From the sequence record NC_019406.1: a DNA stretch of 64,000 nt. One strand, given 5' to 3'. The stretch's first letter is position 1. Each line of letters starts with the position of its first letter. Both the position numbers and the translations under genes were made by a program. The notes under the pieces were generated by a model. That model searched no databases. It saw only the letters and a list, made by a program, of their open reading frames with translations, and was not told where the DNA came from. Below, piece after piece: positions 35,728 through 45,307 of the stretch.

Positions 35728-35982
35728 ATGACTCTGCAATACCTGTCCCCCGAGTTGCTCGCGCAACTCGAACTCGATGATCTTCGCGACATCTCCCTCG
35801 GCCACGCCAGCATCGAACTGTTGGAATTCAAGGGTGACGGTCTGAACATGATGCGCAAGCAGCGCGACGAAAAGCGCGCCGCCGGCGAGAACACCGTGCG
35901 CCTGGACGCCGAGATCGAGTACGCCGAACGCATGACGGCCGGACCGATCTTCTACATCAACCGACAGGCGGCTGCGGCGTGA
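35728..35982 (+). CDS. Hypothetical protein (84 aa)
   Basis: AAGGAG SD. Confidence 0.75.
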   Translation: MTLQYLSPELLAQLELDDLRDISLGHASIELLEFKGDGLNMMRKQRDEKRAAGENTVRLDAEIEYAERMTAGPIFYINRQAAAA

Positions 35983-36197
35983 GGATCGCTTACGAACTCC
36001 GCCAGCAGCATGACGAGATGGGCAACGCTGCCCATCTCCTCTCGCCGGGCGATGCCGAGCGCATCAACCAGGGCGGATATCGTCGTGTCGCAGGTGGATG
36101 CACCTGCGATTGCGGCAAACTCTACTACGACCATCCGCCCGTCCTGGGCGCGCTGTGGCTAACCCGCCTGTGCGGCGGAGAGATCGTGAAGCTGTAA
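35979..36197 (+). CDS. Cys-rich small protein (72 aa)
   Basis: CTCDCGKLY.DH...LCGG. Confidence 0.7.
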   Translation: MRIAYELRQQHDEMGNAAHLLSPGDAERINQGGYRRVAGGCTCDCGKLYYDHPPVLGALWLTRLCGGEIVKL

Positions 36198-36409
36198 TGG
36201 ACAGGTGGATCGTCTTGACCAAGGACCCTTGGCGCAACGGACAGCCAGGGCCGATTTATGTCGAGGGAACTCCCAAGTCCGAGCGGCTGGGATTACGGCA
36301 AAATCGGCGTTTTGCAGCGCCACTCGCTCAAGCGGACGCTCAAAAACTGGCTGACGATCTGAATAGGTGCCTGGACACGGGCCAACATTATGAGATCGAG
36401 CCCGCTTGA
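36197..36409 (+). CDS. Hypothetical protein (70 aa)
   Basis: TAATG coupling. Confidence 0.6.
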   Translation: MDRWIVLTKDPWRNGQPGPIYVEGTPKSERLGLRQNRRFAAPLAQADAQKLADDLNRCLDTGQHYEIEPA

Positions 36410-36867
36410 TGCCCAAGCTGATCACCTGCTCGTACTGCGGCGGTAGCGGCCTCGAAGAATTCTTCGGCGAGATGCCCGTCGCGTTCGGAACTTGCACCAA
36501 CTGCGCCGGCACCGGCAAGACGGAGTCACGTTACGTGGAATCCCTGACCTACGAATCCTACATTGCTGACGCCAAGAAGCGCGGCGCGTCCATGAAGGCG
36601 CCGGGCTCTCTGATCTTCCCCAAGGATATGCCGCCAATCGCCAAGGTGGCTGACAACGGTGTTGATGTCGTCATCGACGAGGCTGCGACCCGCGCCCGCT
36701 ATTGGGGCGAGGACACCAAGACGATTGCGGATTGCGAAGCGAAGTTCGACATTCCGATGAACTTCGCCGGTGAACCCGACATCTCTGGCCATGCCGATTT
36801 CTCGACAGGCTTCGACGACGAGGGTAAGGTGTCCTCCCCTGAAGAAGATCAGGACACCCGCATCTAG
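36409..36867 (+). CDS. Protein with N-terminal CxxCxGxG Zn finger (152 aa)
   Basis: CSYCGGSG and CTNCAGTG. Confidence 0.7.
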   Translation: MPKLITCSYCGGSGLEEFFGEMPVAFGTCTNCAGTGKTESRYVESLTYESYIADAKKRGASMKAPGSLIFPKDMPPIAKVADNGVDVVIDEAATRARYWGEDTKTIADCEAKFDIPMNFAGEPDISGHADFSTGFDDEGKVSSPEEDQDTRI

Positions 36868-36913
36868 GCAAAGACCTGGAGCGATATGACGAAGGACTCA
36901 CCAGTGGAGTCCT

Positions 36914-37186
36914 ATGAGCCCTTCCCGTCGAAAGGCGTTGCGCGAAGCAGTCGAGCACTGCGGCGTCTCTAAGATCGAGGTCGAAGCTTGCCAACGCGAA
37001 TACGCGTTGGCGCACGACGCCTATAACGCCCTCGTCACCGAGAACCCGCCGAAGAAGCGCTCAGGTACGACCATCGAGAACATGCGCCGGCACGCCTTGG
37101 CGGCATACGAAGCGCTGCTCGATGCGATGCGAGTCCACTCCGACAATCTGGCCCACATCGCGGCCCTGCGAGGGACTTCGTTCTGA
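36914..37186 (+). CDS. Hypothetical protein (90 aa)
   Basis: GGAG SD. Confidence 0.65.
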   Translation: MSPSRRKALREAVEHCGVSKIEVEACQREYALAHDAYNALVTENPPKKRSGTTIENMRRHALAAYEALLDAMRVHSDNLAHIAALRGTSF

Positions 37187-37482
37187 TGTACGTCATGAAG
37201 CGCGACGCGCTCGCTTCGCCCCTGGAGCGTTGGTCGATCGAGAACACCTCGGAGTTCCGTCGCGGCCTGCTGCAACTTCCCAGCGAAGACTACCTGAATC
37301 CGTCGGCGATCGACATGATCCGTGTCGTTCGCGACAAGCCGGACCGCAGCACCGGTGAAGTTCTCACCAAGGTCCACATCGAGTGCAAGGGCTCCTGGTT
37401 CTCGACGATCTTCGACGAGGTCGATGAAGCGCGCGGTTTTGCCCGCACGGTCTGCAACTTCCGCGACGAGTACCACCGCTAA
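37186..37482 (+). CDS. Hypothetical protein (98 aa)
   Basis: TGATG coupling. Confidence 0.7.
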   Translation: MYVMKRDALASPLERWSIENTSEFRRGLLQLPSEDYLNPSAIDMIRVVRDKPDRSTGEVLTKVHIECKGSWFSTIFDEVDEARGFARTVCNFRDEYHR

Positions 37483-37952
37483 TGCGCTACTTCCTGGACA
37501 CCGAATTCAACGGCTTCGGCGGCTGCATTCTCAGCCTCGCCCTGGTCGCGCAGAACGGCGCATCGCTCTATCTCGTCTGGCCAACGAACGACATGCCTGA
37601 GGACCCTGATCCCTGGGTCCTCCAGAACGTCATCCCGCTCATGGACAAGGTGCCGGATAACGTCCGTACGATCGAAGTCCGTCGCGGCACGGACGATGCT
37701 GCCCGTCATATCGCCGAGTTCCTGCGCGGTGACCCGGCGCCCGAGATCGTGACCGATTGGCCTGACGACATCCGCTATTTCTGCGAGACGGTCATTACCG
37801 GCCCCGGACAGATGATCGCGATCCCGCGCCTCGCCTTCCAGATGCTCCGCGTCGATGCGTACCCGACCACGCTCGCCGGCGCGGTGCAGCATAATGCGTT
37901 CTGGGATGCCTGGGCACTCCACACGCTGCTGACACCCAATGGCGTCCGCTAA
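37482..37952 (+). CDS. DEDDh 3'-5' exonuclease (156 aa)
   Basis: YFLDTEF, WPDD, HNAFWDA. Confidence 0.8.
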   Translation: MRYFLDTEFNGFGGCILSLALVAQNGASLYLVWPTNDMPEDPDPWVLQNVIPLMDKVPDNVRTIEVRRGTDDAARHIAEFLRGDPAPEIVTDWPDDIRYFCETVITGPGQMIAIPRLAFQMLRVDAYPTTLAGAVQHNAFWDAWALHTLLTPNGVR

Positions 37953-38478
37953 GCGGCGGTCCGCCCCGAGGACCACCAAGAACACCATCTCCCGCCGCCG
38001 GCCGCGACGCCGAAAGGCTTCGACGACCAAGAAGACCCCCGTGTCCTACAACCACCGCACCCATCCGGCGAAGATTCATCGCCCGGCTCCGGGCCACTGC
38101 CGATGGTGCCATCAGCCGATCTATCGCGTGGATGGAACGATCAATCGCCGGCGCTCATGGTGTAGCAAGACCTGCGTGGGTCATTACTTGCTGCGTACGG
38201 ATTCCAAGATGATGCGGCAGCACATTTTCTTCCGTGATCAAGGTGTTTGTGCGAAGTGTGGAAAGGAGCACAAGTACAACAACGCGGATTGGGAAGCTGA
38301 TCACGCTCAGCCCTTGTTCCTAGCCTTTGGCGATCCTTCATTCTGGGAGCCTGAGAACGTACAAATTCTCTGCACTACTCCATGTCACAAGGAGAAGTCC
38401 GCTGAGGATCGTCGCAAGTATGGGTTCGTACTCAAGATGGCGAAGGGGCCTAAGTCTGCGCAAAATCGGTCCGGTTAG
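37939..38478 (+). CDS. HNH endonuclease
   Basis: RDQGVCAKCG, WEADH, NVQILC..CH.EKS; lower GC than neighbours; start uncertain. Confidence 0.8.
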   Translation: MASAKRRSAPRTTKNTISRRRPRRRKASTTKKTPVSYNHRTHPAKIHRPAPGHCRWCHQPIYRVDGTINRRRSWCSKTCVGHYLLRTDSKMMRQHIFFRDQGVCAKCGKEHKYNNADWEADHAQPLFLAFGDPSFWEPENVQILCTTPCHKEKSAEDRRKYGFVLKMAKGPKSAQNRSG

Positions 38479-38509
38479 CACAGCCATACTGGCAAGTAAA
38501 CTACCAAAC

Positions 38510-38549
38510 TGCCAGAATTCTTGACATTAACCATGGATTTTGCTAGAAC
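38510..38549 (+). promoter_or_regulatory. Head-operon promoter TTGACA-N17-TAGAAC with TTAACCAT in the spacer
   Basis: TGCCAGAATTC TTGACA TTAACCATGGATTTTGC TAGAAC. Confidence 0.75.
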
Positions 38550-38672
38550 CTGCGACATCCCGACTAGGTAGCCGGCTCTCCCCAGGGCTTGTTGCCGCAC
38601 CATCCATTCTCGCGACGCGACGGGTCGTCACGCCTAGTCCCAGGGTCTGGGATAACAGAGAGACAAGTTTCT

Positions 38673-39458
38673 ATGCCGATTTTCCAGTTCGATACGCTCG
38701 AACAGATTCCTGAGGCGCTCCGCAGCTACGCGAAGTCCGAGGGCGAGAAGGTTCAGATCAATCTCGTTCCCGAAGACAAGCTGGCTGAGTTCCGCCAAAA
38801 CAACACCGACCTTCTGAAGGAGCGCGACGCTCTGAAGAAGGAAGTCGAGCTTTACAAGCCGATCGTGGGTGAAGACCCCAACGCGCTGCAAGCCGAACTG
38901 GTGGAACTGCGAGCGACGGCCCAGCGCGTCAAGGACGGCACGCTGACCGACAGCAAGGCCATCGAGCAAGAAGTCGTGCGCCGTACCGAGGACATGAAGA
39001 AGTCCCTGGAAGAGCAGATTCGTCAGGCCCAGAAGGAAGGCGCCAACTGGCGCGCCAAGGCCACCGACATCGAAGCTGTTCACAAGCGCACCCTGGTCAA
39101 TTCGGCGATCAAGGACGCCCTGATCGACCCGGAACTCGGCGTGCAGCCGTACGCCTATCCGGACATCCTGGCCCGCGCGACCAACGTCTGGCGCGCCCAG
39201 GACAACGGTCAAGTCCTGGCCTTCCAGGGCGACCTGCAACTCTACGGTTCGGACGGCGGCTCGCCGCTGACTCCGAAGGAATGGATCGTGAAGCTTCGCG
39301 ACGAGGCCCCGCACTACTTCAAGGGCACTCAAGGCGGCGGCGCCGGCGGCGACACCACGCAGCGCGGTCAGTTCGGCAAGACCCAGCAGGAACTGCGCAG
39401 CATGCGCGGCGCCGACAAGCTGGCTCTGGCCAACGGAGCGAAGCCGGCCTCGCTGTAG
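38673..39458 (+). CDS. Capsid scaffolding protein (261 aa)
   Basis: Coiled-coil, immediately upstream of MCP; start moved to ATG 38673. Confidence 0.7.
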   Translation: MPIFQFDTLEQIPEALRSYAKSEGEKVQINLVPEDKLAEFRQNNTDLLKERDALKKEVELYKPIVGEDPNALQAELVELRATAQRVKDGTLTDSKAIEQEVVRRTEDMKKSLEEQIRQAQKEGANWRAKATDIEAVHKRTLVNSAIKDALIDPELGVQPYAYPDILARATNVWRAQDNGQVLAFQGDLQLYGSDGGSPLTPKEWIVKLRDEAPHYFKGTQGGGAGGDTTQRGQFGKTQQELRSMRGADKLALANGAKPASL

Positions 39459-39619
39459 GCCGGTTGGGGGCAGCCCCTCTCGCCTGAGGGGTGCTAGGCC
39501 GGGCGGGCCTAACTTAAGCGCCGGGGTTTCTTGGGGCGGTTCCCACCAAAAACCGTCCTACCAGTTTCGCCCATAAGGGCATCGCGTCGAGCGCCGATCC
39601 TGGCGATCCGCATCCAGAA

Positions 39620-39653
39620 TTAGAGTCACGTTTCCTCCGAAACGTGACTCTAA
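39620..39653. promoter_or_regulatory. Perfect 15-bp inverted repeat TTAGAGTCACGTTTC-ctcc-GAAACGTGACTCTAA
   Basis: Upstream of MCP; a 12-bp-arm twin is at 48758-48786. Confidence 0.8.
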
Positions 39654-39755
39654 CAAAATTCCCTCGGGTGTCGTCGGACGATCCGAGGGGGAGCCCGAGG
39701 CGGGGGCCGCCTCCTCAAACCTGTCCGGCATGAAACCAACTAAGGGAAAGCTCTA

Positions 39756-40688
39756 ATGGCTGCCTTGACTCTGCTCGAAGCCTCTGATCTGGCGATGGGC
39801 AACGATGAGGTGAAGCGTTCGGCAATCATCGAACTCTTCGCCTACCCGGACCTGCTGAAGGTGCTGCCGTTCATGGACGTGCCCGGCGGTTCGTACACCT
39901 ACACGCAAGAAGGCGCCCTGCCCGGCGTGGCCTTCCGTGGCTTCAACGAAGCCTACACCAACGGCGTCGGCGTCGTGAACTCGCAAGTCGAAGTTCTGAA
40001 GATCGTCGGTGGCGACCTGGACGTCGACAAGGCCCTCATCAAGACCCACGGCGCGGACATCCGTACCCGTCAGGAAAAGATGAAGGTCAAGGCTCTGTCG
40101 CTGTTCCTGGCCGGCAAGATCATCAACGGTGACTCCGAGCAGGACCCGCGCGAATTCGACGGTCTGCGCAAGCGCATCGTCGGCTCGCAGCGTATCCCGG
40201 CCGGCAACACCAACGGTGGCGACGCGCTGTCGCTGCAAATCCTGGACGAAGCCATCGACGCCGTCGAAGGTGCGACCCACCTCGTCATGTCGAAGCGCAT
40301 GCGCAACCTGCTGTCGGCCGCCAGCCGTCAGACCTCGGTCGCGGGCTTCATCACCTGGGACAAGACCGAGTTCGGCGAGCGCATCGCCTACTACAACGAC
40401 CTGCCCATCTTGGTCACCGACTACGACGACAAGAACGTCCAAGTCATCGACTTCAACGAAGCCTGCCCCGGCGGCGGTACCACCGGTACCTCGATCTACG
40501 TCCTGAACATCGGCGACAGCGGCGTGATCGGCCTCCAGAACGGCGTCATGGAAGTTGACGACCTCGGTCAGGTCAACGACAAGCCGGTGTACCGCACCCG
40601 CATCGAATGGCTGATCAGCCTCGCCGTCATGAGCGGCCGTGCTGCGGCCCGCGTGTGGGGCATCAAGAAGGCTCCGGTCGTCGCGTAA
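39756..40688 (+). CDS. Major capsid protein (HK97 fold, 310 aa)
   Basis: Strong SD (AAGGGA), high-expression codon use, follows the scaffold; LPGVAFRGFNE and GGDLDVDKALI motifs. Confidence 0.9.
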   Translation: MAALTLLEASDLAMGNDEVKRSAIIELFAYPDLLKVLPFMDVPGGSYTYTQEGALPGVAFRGFNEAYTNGVGVVNSQVEVLKIVGGDLDVDKALIKTHGADIRTRQEKMKVKALSLFLAGKIINGDSEQDPREFDGLRKRIVGSQRIPAGNTNGGDALSLQILDEAIDAVEGATHLVMSKRMRNLLSAASRQTSVAGFITWDKTEFGERIAYYNDLPILVTDYDDKNVQVIDFNEACPGGGTTGTSIYVLNIGDSGVIGLQNGVMEVDDLGQVNDKPVYRTRIEWLISLAVMSGRAAARVWGIKKAPVVA

Positions 40689-40770
40689 GTGACGGCCTAA
40701 GGGCTGGTCCTTCGGGGCCAGCCTGAGCCTCCTCCCCACCTCACACCACCTTTTCTAAGGGCATCTGAAG

Positions 40771-41250
40771 ATGAACTCCAAGATCAAGCACCAGTACGAC
40801 GCGCTTCTGGCGCTGCGTTCGCTGACCGACCGTGCGACTGCCGTGACCGCCGATGGCGCCGGTGGTGGTTACGTCGATCTGCACCACCTCCTGCCCGAAG
40901 GCACCCCCGGCGAGCCGGGCGCCCTGGGCGATGTCGCTGGCCTGTTCGGTCAGCGTCCGTTCGACGTCGTGATCCAAGTCGACGCGATCGACACCACGTC
41001 GGGTTCGGAAACCTACACCCTGAAGCTGCAAACGGTCGACGCCAACAAGGCCAACCCGACCGACGTGCCCTTCGGCGGTGCGGTCATCACGTCGGCTCTG
41101 GTCGGCGAACCGCTGGTCGTCAAGATCGACCCGGCCGTTCTGAAGCTGGCCGACGCGGATGCCGCGTACCTGCGCATCTTCGCCGACGTCGGCGGCGCCA
41201 CGCCGTCGATCACCTACTACGCGTTCGCTGCGCCGAACAGCCGCGCCTAA
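40771..41250 (+). CDS. Second capsid-associated / decoration protein (159 aa)
   Basis: Directly after MCP, same codon bias, followed by a terminator. Confidence 0.6.
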   Translation: MNSKIKHQYDALLALRSLTDRATAVTADGAGGGYVDLHHLLPEGTPGEPGALGDVAGLFGQRPFDVVIQVDAIDTTSGSETYTLKLQTVDANKANPTDVPFGGAVITSALVGEPLVVKIDPAVLKLADADAAYLRIFADVGGATPSITYYAFAAPNSRA

Positions 41251-41279
41251 GTAGGCAGGTCGGGCTCAGGCTCAACCAG

Positions 41280-41310
41280 AGGCCCGGATCGAAAGGTCCG
41301 GGCCTTTTCT
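41280..41310 (+). terminator. Intrinsic terminator of the capsid operon
   Basis: AGGCCCGGATC-GAAA-GGTCCGGGCCT-TTT. Confidence 0.85.
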
Positions 41311-41343
41311 TTACTACCTACTTTACTGACCTCGGGTTTAGGA

Positions 41344-41775
41344 TCAATCGTCCTCGTCTTCCGTGTCGTCCGCCATCGCTTCGACCAACGGGATCAGGTT
41401 GTCGCGATGCAGCGTGTGCCAGACGTAGGCGTCGTCCTCGGTCTTCAGCAGCACGTACAGGTACTGCTCTGCGAACTCGCGCTGCACAGCGTTCACATCG
41501 ACGAGCACCCGAGGCGCGACGCCGCTCTCGCCGCGATCGCGGCCGTATGCGACGGTCCAGCCCTTCGTCGGATTGTTGAAGTCGTGCTTCTCGCCGACCT
41601 CTTCGTTGATGACGCTGAGGTCGCCCAGGGCAGCCAGTTTTCGCGCCTTTTCGACGTCCGAGTAGTGGTCCAGCAACGTCTGACCGTTGCCCTCATAATA
41701 GCCGTCCCAATGGACGTAGATGAAGAGGAAGGAGCCGTCTTCCTGCTGGACGGCGACGTTGCTGCGAGTGGCCAT
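41344..41775 (-). CDS. Conserved phage protein with HWDGY motif (143 aa)
   Basis: MATRS...IYVHWDGY; start moved to ATG 41775. Confidence 0.75.
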   Translation of the reverse strand: MATRSNVAVQQEDGSFLFIYVHWDGYYEGNGQTLLDHYSDVEKARKLAALGDLSVINEEVGEKHDFNNPTKGWTVAYGRDRGESGVAPRVLVDVNAVQREFAEQYLYVLLKTEDDAYVWHTLHRDNLIPLVEAMADDTEDEDD

Positions 41776-41960
41776 GAGGGAACCCCGGTTAACTATGCCT
41801 TCAGCCATAATCGGTTTATCCCTTGATGCAAGCGAAATGTCTGCCCTGCTTGCGCCAGAGTGCCAGGAATCTTGACACTTTGGGTTAACCATGCCACAAG
41901 AAACGGGCTTGCGGCGCATGGTTGCCGCCCTTTCTGAATTTCCTCCGCCGCAGGAACCAC

Positions 41961-42467
41961 ATGAGCGAATCCGTCATCATTTACGGGCCGAACGGCCCCG
42001 AACGTCACTCGCCGGCCAACGCCCGCGATCTCGTCTACACCGGCCTCTATAGCTGGGCTGAATTTTTCAAGACCACGCCGACCGCCATCGCGCCGTTCGC
42101 GCGCCTCGACGTCCCCTCGGGCAGCCTGACCCAGGACGTGCTGGACAAGGCGATCGTGAAGGAAGAAGGCGGCGCTTCGGGAGCGGCTTCGAGCGCCGCT
42201 GCTGCCCTGGCTGCTCAGCAGGCCCAGATGCAAGCGGCCCTGCTCCAACAGCAAGCCCTGGCTCAGGCCGCTGCCCAGGCCCAAGCGGCTGCTGCTGCCG
42301 CCGCGCCGGCTCCGGCCGTGGAAATCCCGGACTTCAGCAAGCCGGTCGAAGTCGACGCCTCGGACCTGGACGATGACGGCGATGTCGCCGAAGCTGAAGT
42401 CGTCGCCGACGAAGAAATCGCCACGCCGACCCCGCGTGGTCGTGGCCGTCCGCGCAAGAACGCCTAA
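41961..42467 (+). CDS. Ala/Gln-rich protein with basic RGRGRP tail (168 aa)
   Basis: AGGA SD; related to 58757-59038. Confidence 0.75.
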   Translation: MSESVIIYGPNGPERHSPANARDLVYTGLYSWAEFFKTTPTAIAPFARLDVPSGSLTQDVLDKAIVKEEGGASGAASSAAAALAAQQAQMQAALLQQQALAQAAAQAQAAAAAAAPAPAVEIPDFSKPVEVDASDLDDDGDVAEAEVVADEEIATPTPRGRGRPRKNA

Positions 42468-42475
42468 GTCGGCGT

Positions 42476-42637
42476 CGACCCTGCATCAACCTCAGGGTCG
42501 TTAAATATGAGGCAGGGTCAACCCCTGTAGGTCCGCGCTAGCGCCGTATTCCGAGGCCGCACCTGTAAGAGGGCCGTATCGGAAGGTCTCGGAGCGGGAG
42601 ATATTGAAAGGCCCCGAACTCACGTTCGGGGCCTTTT
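42476..42637 (+). ncRNA. Candidate pseudoknotted RNA followed by a terminator
   Basis: CGACCC/GGGTCG stem with loop CCTCA pairing TGAGG; loop TTCCGA (42549) complementary to TCGGAA (42579); terminator 42607-42637. Confidence 0.35.
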
Positions 42638-42642
42638 GATTC

Positions 42643-42894
42643 TCAGAAACGACTGAACTTGCCGGGGTAGAAGGCCTGATGGTTGATGCGCCTTTCCCGG
42701 ATCAGCAGCGCGAAGATGCGGCCCCGCCCTCGGTACCGGCGCTTCCACTTGTAGCGATGGACGAAGCGCGTCGCGCCCGGCCCGACGCCAAGCTTGGCGG
42801 TCCCGGTTCGGACACCCCAGAGCGGCGACTTGTTCACGGTACTGCGATAGATGTGAATTTGGCGATCGGTCTGGAAGTAGAGATCGCCGTTCAT
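42643..42894 (-). CDS. Basic hypothetical protein (83 aa)
   Basis: GAGG SD before ATG 42894; weak support. Confidence 0.4.
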   Translation of the reverse strand: MNGDLYFQTDRQIHIYRSTVNKSPLWGVRTGTAKLGVGPGATRFVHRYKWKRRYRGRGRIFALLIRERRINHQAFYPGKFSRF

Positions 42895-43013
42895 GCCTCG
42901 GTAAAGGCGGGATTTGCCGGGGAAACGGCGCATACGCGGACCTTCCGAACTGCCAGGAATCTTGACATCTGAGCCAATCCGTGACAGAAGTCAAGGGCTA
43001 ATTTTAGCCCCTC

Positions 43014-43412
43014 TTGGCGGAATTTTCGGTGCCCAACCTCTCCTACTTTTCGCACGACAACATGATCGCGCAGTTTGGTCCGAACCAGACTTTCGCGGTG
43101 CTCGTTGACGCGCCGAACCCGGATGGCACCGGGCTGGTCGAGCCCAACGAGGCCTGGGGCTACGCGCGTCAAGCGATCGACTTCGAAGCCACGCGATCGA
43201 CCTCGGAGTCGGGCGTGACGGTGCTGCGCAACACCAACAACGTGGTCTTCGGCCCGGCGGTCACCGCCGACTGGCCGATGGTCCAATGGTTCGCTGTCTT
43301 CGACGAAAACGACAACATGATCTACTATGGTCGTTTGCGAACTGCACGTACGACTAAGCTGGGCGAAGTCACGGCGTTCCCGATCGAAGACATCGAAATT
43401 CGCCTTCGGTAA
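43014..43412 (+). CDS. Virion structural protein of fibre modules (132 aa)
   Basis: GYARQAIDF, NTNNVVF, W..V..FAVFD...N.IYYG pattern common in tail-fibre loci. Confidence 0.65.
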   Translation: MAEFSVPNLSYFSHDNMIAQFGPNQTFAVLVDAPNPDGTGLVEPNEAWGYARQAIDFEATRSTSESGVTVLRNTNNVVFGPAVTADWPMVQWFAVFDENDNMIYYGRLRTARTTKLGEVTAFPIEDIEIRLR

Positions 43413-43418
43413 GCGCTG

Positions 43419-45299
43419 ATGGCGAAGCGAGTCAGCATCACGCTCGACGTGGCGACGGATGTAGATTCGCGTCACGGCCTGGGCATGACCGCAGGTCTTC
43501 CGCCGGAGATCGAAGGCGGCACCATGGGTATCATGGATGCTGTCGTTGGCGCGGCGGTCGACGGTGGCGGGATCGTCGTCGTTCCTGGAACGATCGAAGA
43601 CCTCGTCGACGTCGAGATCAATCCGTCGACCTTGGCAGACGGCGATGTTCTGGTCTGGCGCGAGGCGCGTTGGGTCAACGAGCCTCAATCGGGCGGCGGT
43701 CCGGGCGGTAACGGTTTCCAGATTCCGCTTGGCCCGGTCGAGACGGCTGGTGACGGGTCCTGGTTGCCGGGCGCGGTTCCCCTGGCGGACGATATGGCGG
43801 TCAGTGAAGGCATCGACCGCATCAATGAAGTTCTTGGCAAGCTGGTCCCCACCCAGCCACCCGAATTCCCGAACGGCGGCCTTTCGCTGTCGAATACCGG
43901 AGGCTCCTCGCCGCGACTAGCGACGGGCGTGACCGATAATACGGGTGATACGCCCTACGCGCCGGGAGGCAGCGTTACGCGTGTCCCATCGGCGGGCGTG
44001 TCGAGCTTCGCCTTCAATGACGTGGGTCCGGGCGACAGCGGTACGGTGTCTGTTTGGATGAACGATGTCGAGGTCGCCAGCCGCGCCCTGACCGGCTCCG
44101 GCGACAACGGCATCTACAATGGTCTTCAGATCGCCGACCAGAAGGACTACCCGACTGCGCAGCCGGGCTTTTGGAAGTCGATCGACGTCTCGCTCAACGG
44201 CGTCCCTGCGGATGTCGGCGTAAACAAGGTCCAGGTGGTTCACTCGGCCGCCGGCCAGACCGCCGAAGTCTATTTCGTGCGCGACGGCATGACCGCGTCG
44301 CCGGTGGTTTCCGGCGGCAGCGTGGCTGAAGCTACCCAGGGCACGCTCGCCTATTCGTCGGGCGTGCCTCACTACGGTTCAGGCGCGTCGCTCACGGTGG
44401 GCGGATCGTTCACGAACCTGTCGGGCGAGACCTACTACGGCGGCTCGGACATCTTCACGGTGTCGGGTGAGAACGGCGTCATCAGCGGCCAGTCGTACGA
44501 CTATAGCACGCTCGGGATCACGGTTCCGCCGGTGCGCCAGAAGACCAGCGCGACCGCGATCACTCCGGTGACCGTGAGCGTGAACGGAAACGTCCATGCG
44601 GTGGGCCGTGTCCAGGGGGCCGCGCGCAACGTGAACGGCACGGGCTCGGCTGTCCTGGCATCGACGATGGTGCTGGTCAAGCGCGGCGCGGCGCCGGCCG
44701 GCAAGGTGGATGAGATGTCGGTGCCCGTGACGGGCATGGGTAGCGTCCCCAACGGCGATAACGCCGTGTCGGTGATGTTGGGAGACGGCGATACGCCGGC
44801 GGGAGCCGCGACGGCCTGGGACCCGACGGCGCTGCTGCCGACCTATTCTGCTTCGGTTGTGGCGGGCGTGCTCAAGCACGACCAGATCGACTATACCGCC
44901 GGCTACCTGCCGCAGGGACCCAACTATTCGGTGGGTCGCTCGGGACCTCAGTACCGCACTTGGTCGTTCAAGCGCGCCTCGCGCTCGACGTTCCGGATCA
45001 CGGTTACCGGTTCCTATGCAGGCTGCTGGATCAAGCTGCCGGGCGTGTCGGATTCCCAGCCGAACGCCCCGAATGGCTGGTGGAACGCCTTCGCCGCATA
45101 TGACGGCGCCGGTATCCCTGGCGAAGCTGGCGACCCCGCCGCCGGCTGCGCGCTCGGCTCCGTGATGAACGGTGGTTCGGGCACGTTCACGATCACCTTC
45201 GGCACGCAGTCCTCGACCAACGCGACCGGCAATGAAGTCCTCATCCGCTTCCGGCTGAACGCCGGCCAACAAATCACCGCGCTGGCGTACAGCAACTAG
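43419..45299 (+). CDS. Beta-rich virion protein (626 aa), paralog of the C-terminal part of 45308-47620
   Basis: Shared blocks DGSW.PGAVP, ADQKDYP...PGFWKSIDVSLNG, GCWIKLPGVSD.QPNAPNGWWNAF. Confidence 0.85.
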   Translation: MAKRVSITLDVATDVDSRHGLGMTAGLPPEIEGGTMGIMDAVVGAAVDGGGIVVVPGTIEDLVDVEINPSTLADGDVLVWREARWVNEPQSGGGPGGNGFQIPLGPVETAGDGSWLPGAVPLADDMAVSEGIDRINEVLGKLVPTQPPEFPNGGLSLSNTGGSSPRLATGVTDNTGDTPYAPGGSVTRVPSAGVSSFAFNDVGPGDSGTVSVWMNDVEVASRALTGSGDNGIYNGLQIADQKDYPTAQPGFWKSIDVSLNGVPADVGVNKVQVVHSAAGQTAEVYFVRDGMTASPVVSGGSVAEATQGTLAYSSGVPHYGSGASLTVGGSFTNLSGETYYGGSDIFTVSGENGVISGQSYDYSTLGITVPPVRQKTSATAITPVTVSVNGNVHAVGRVQGAARNVNGTGSAVLASTMVLVKRGAAPAGKVDEMSVPVTGMGSVPNGDNAVSVMLGDGDTPAGAATAWDPTALLPTYSASVVAGVLKHDQIDYTAGYLPQGPNYSVGRSGPQYRTWSFKRASRSTFRITVTGSYAGCWIKLPGVSDSQPNAPNGWWNAFAAYDGAGIPGEAGDPAAGCALGSVMNGGSGTFTITFGTQSSTNATGNEVLIRFRLNAGQQITALAYSN

Positions 45300-45307
45300 G
45301 TCCAACG

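Noticed and set aside
37939-38478. HNH gene as part of an intron or other mobile element
   Set aside because: No interrupted host gene, intron core or terminal repeats are visible; kept as a free-standing HNH.
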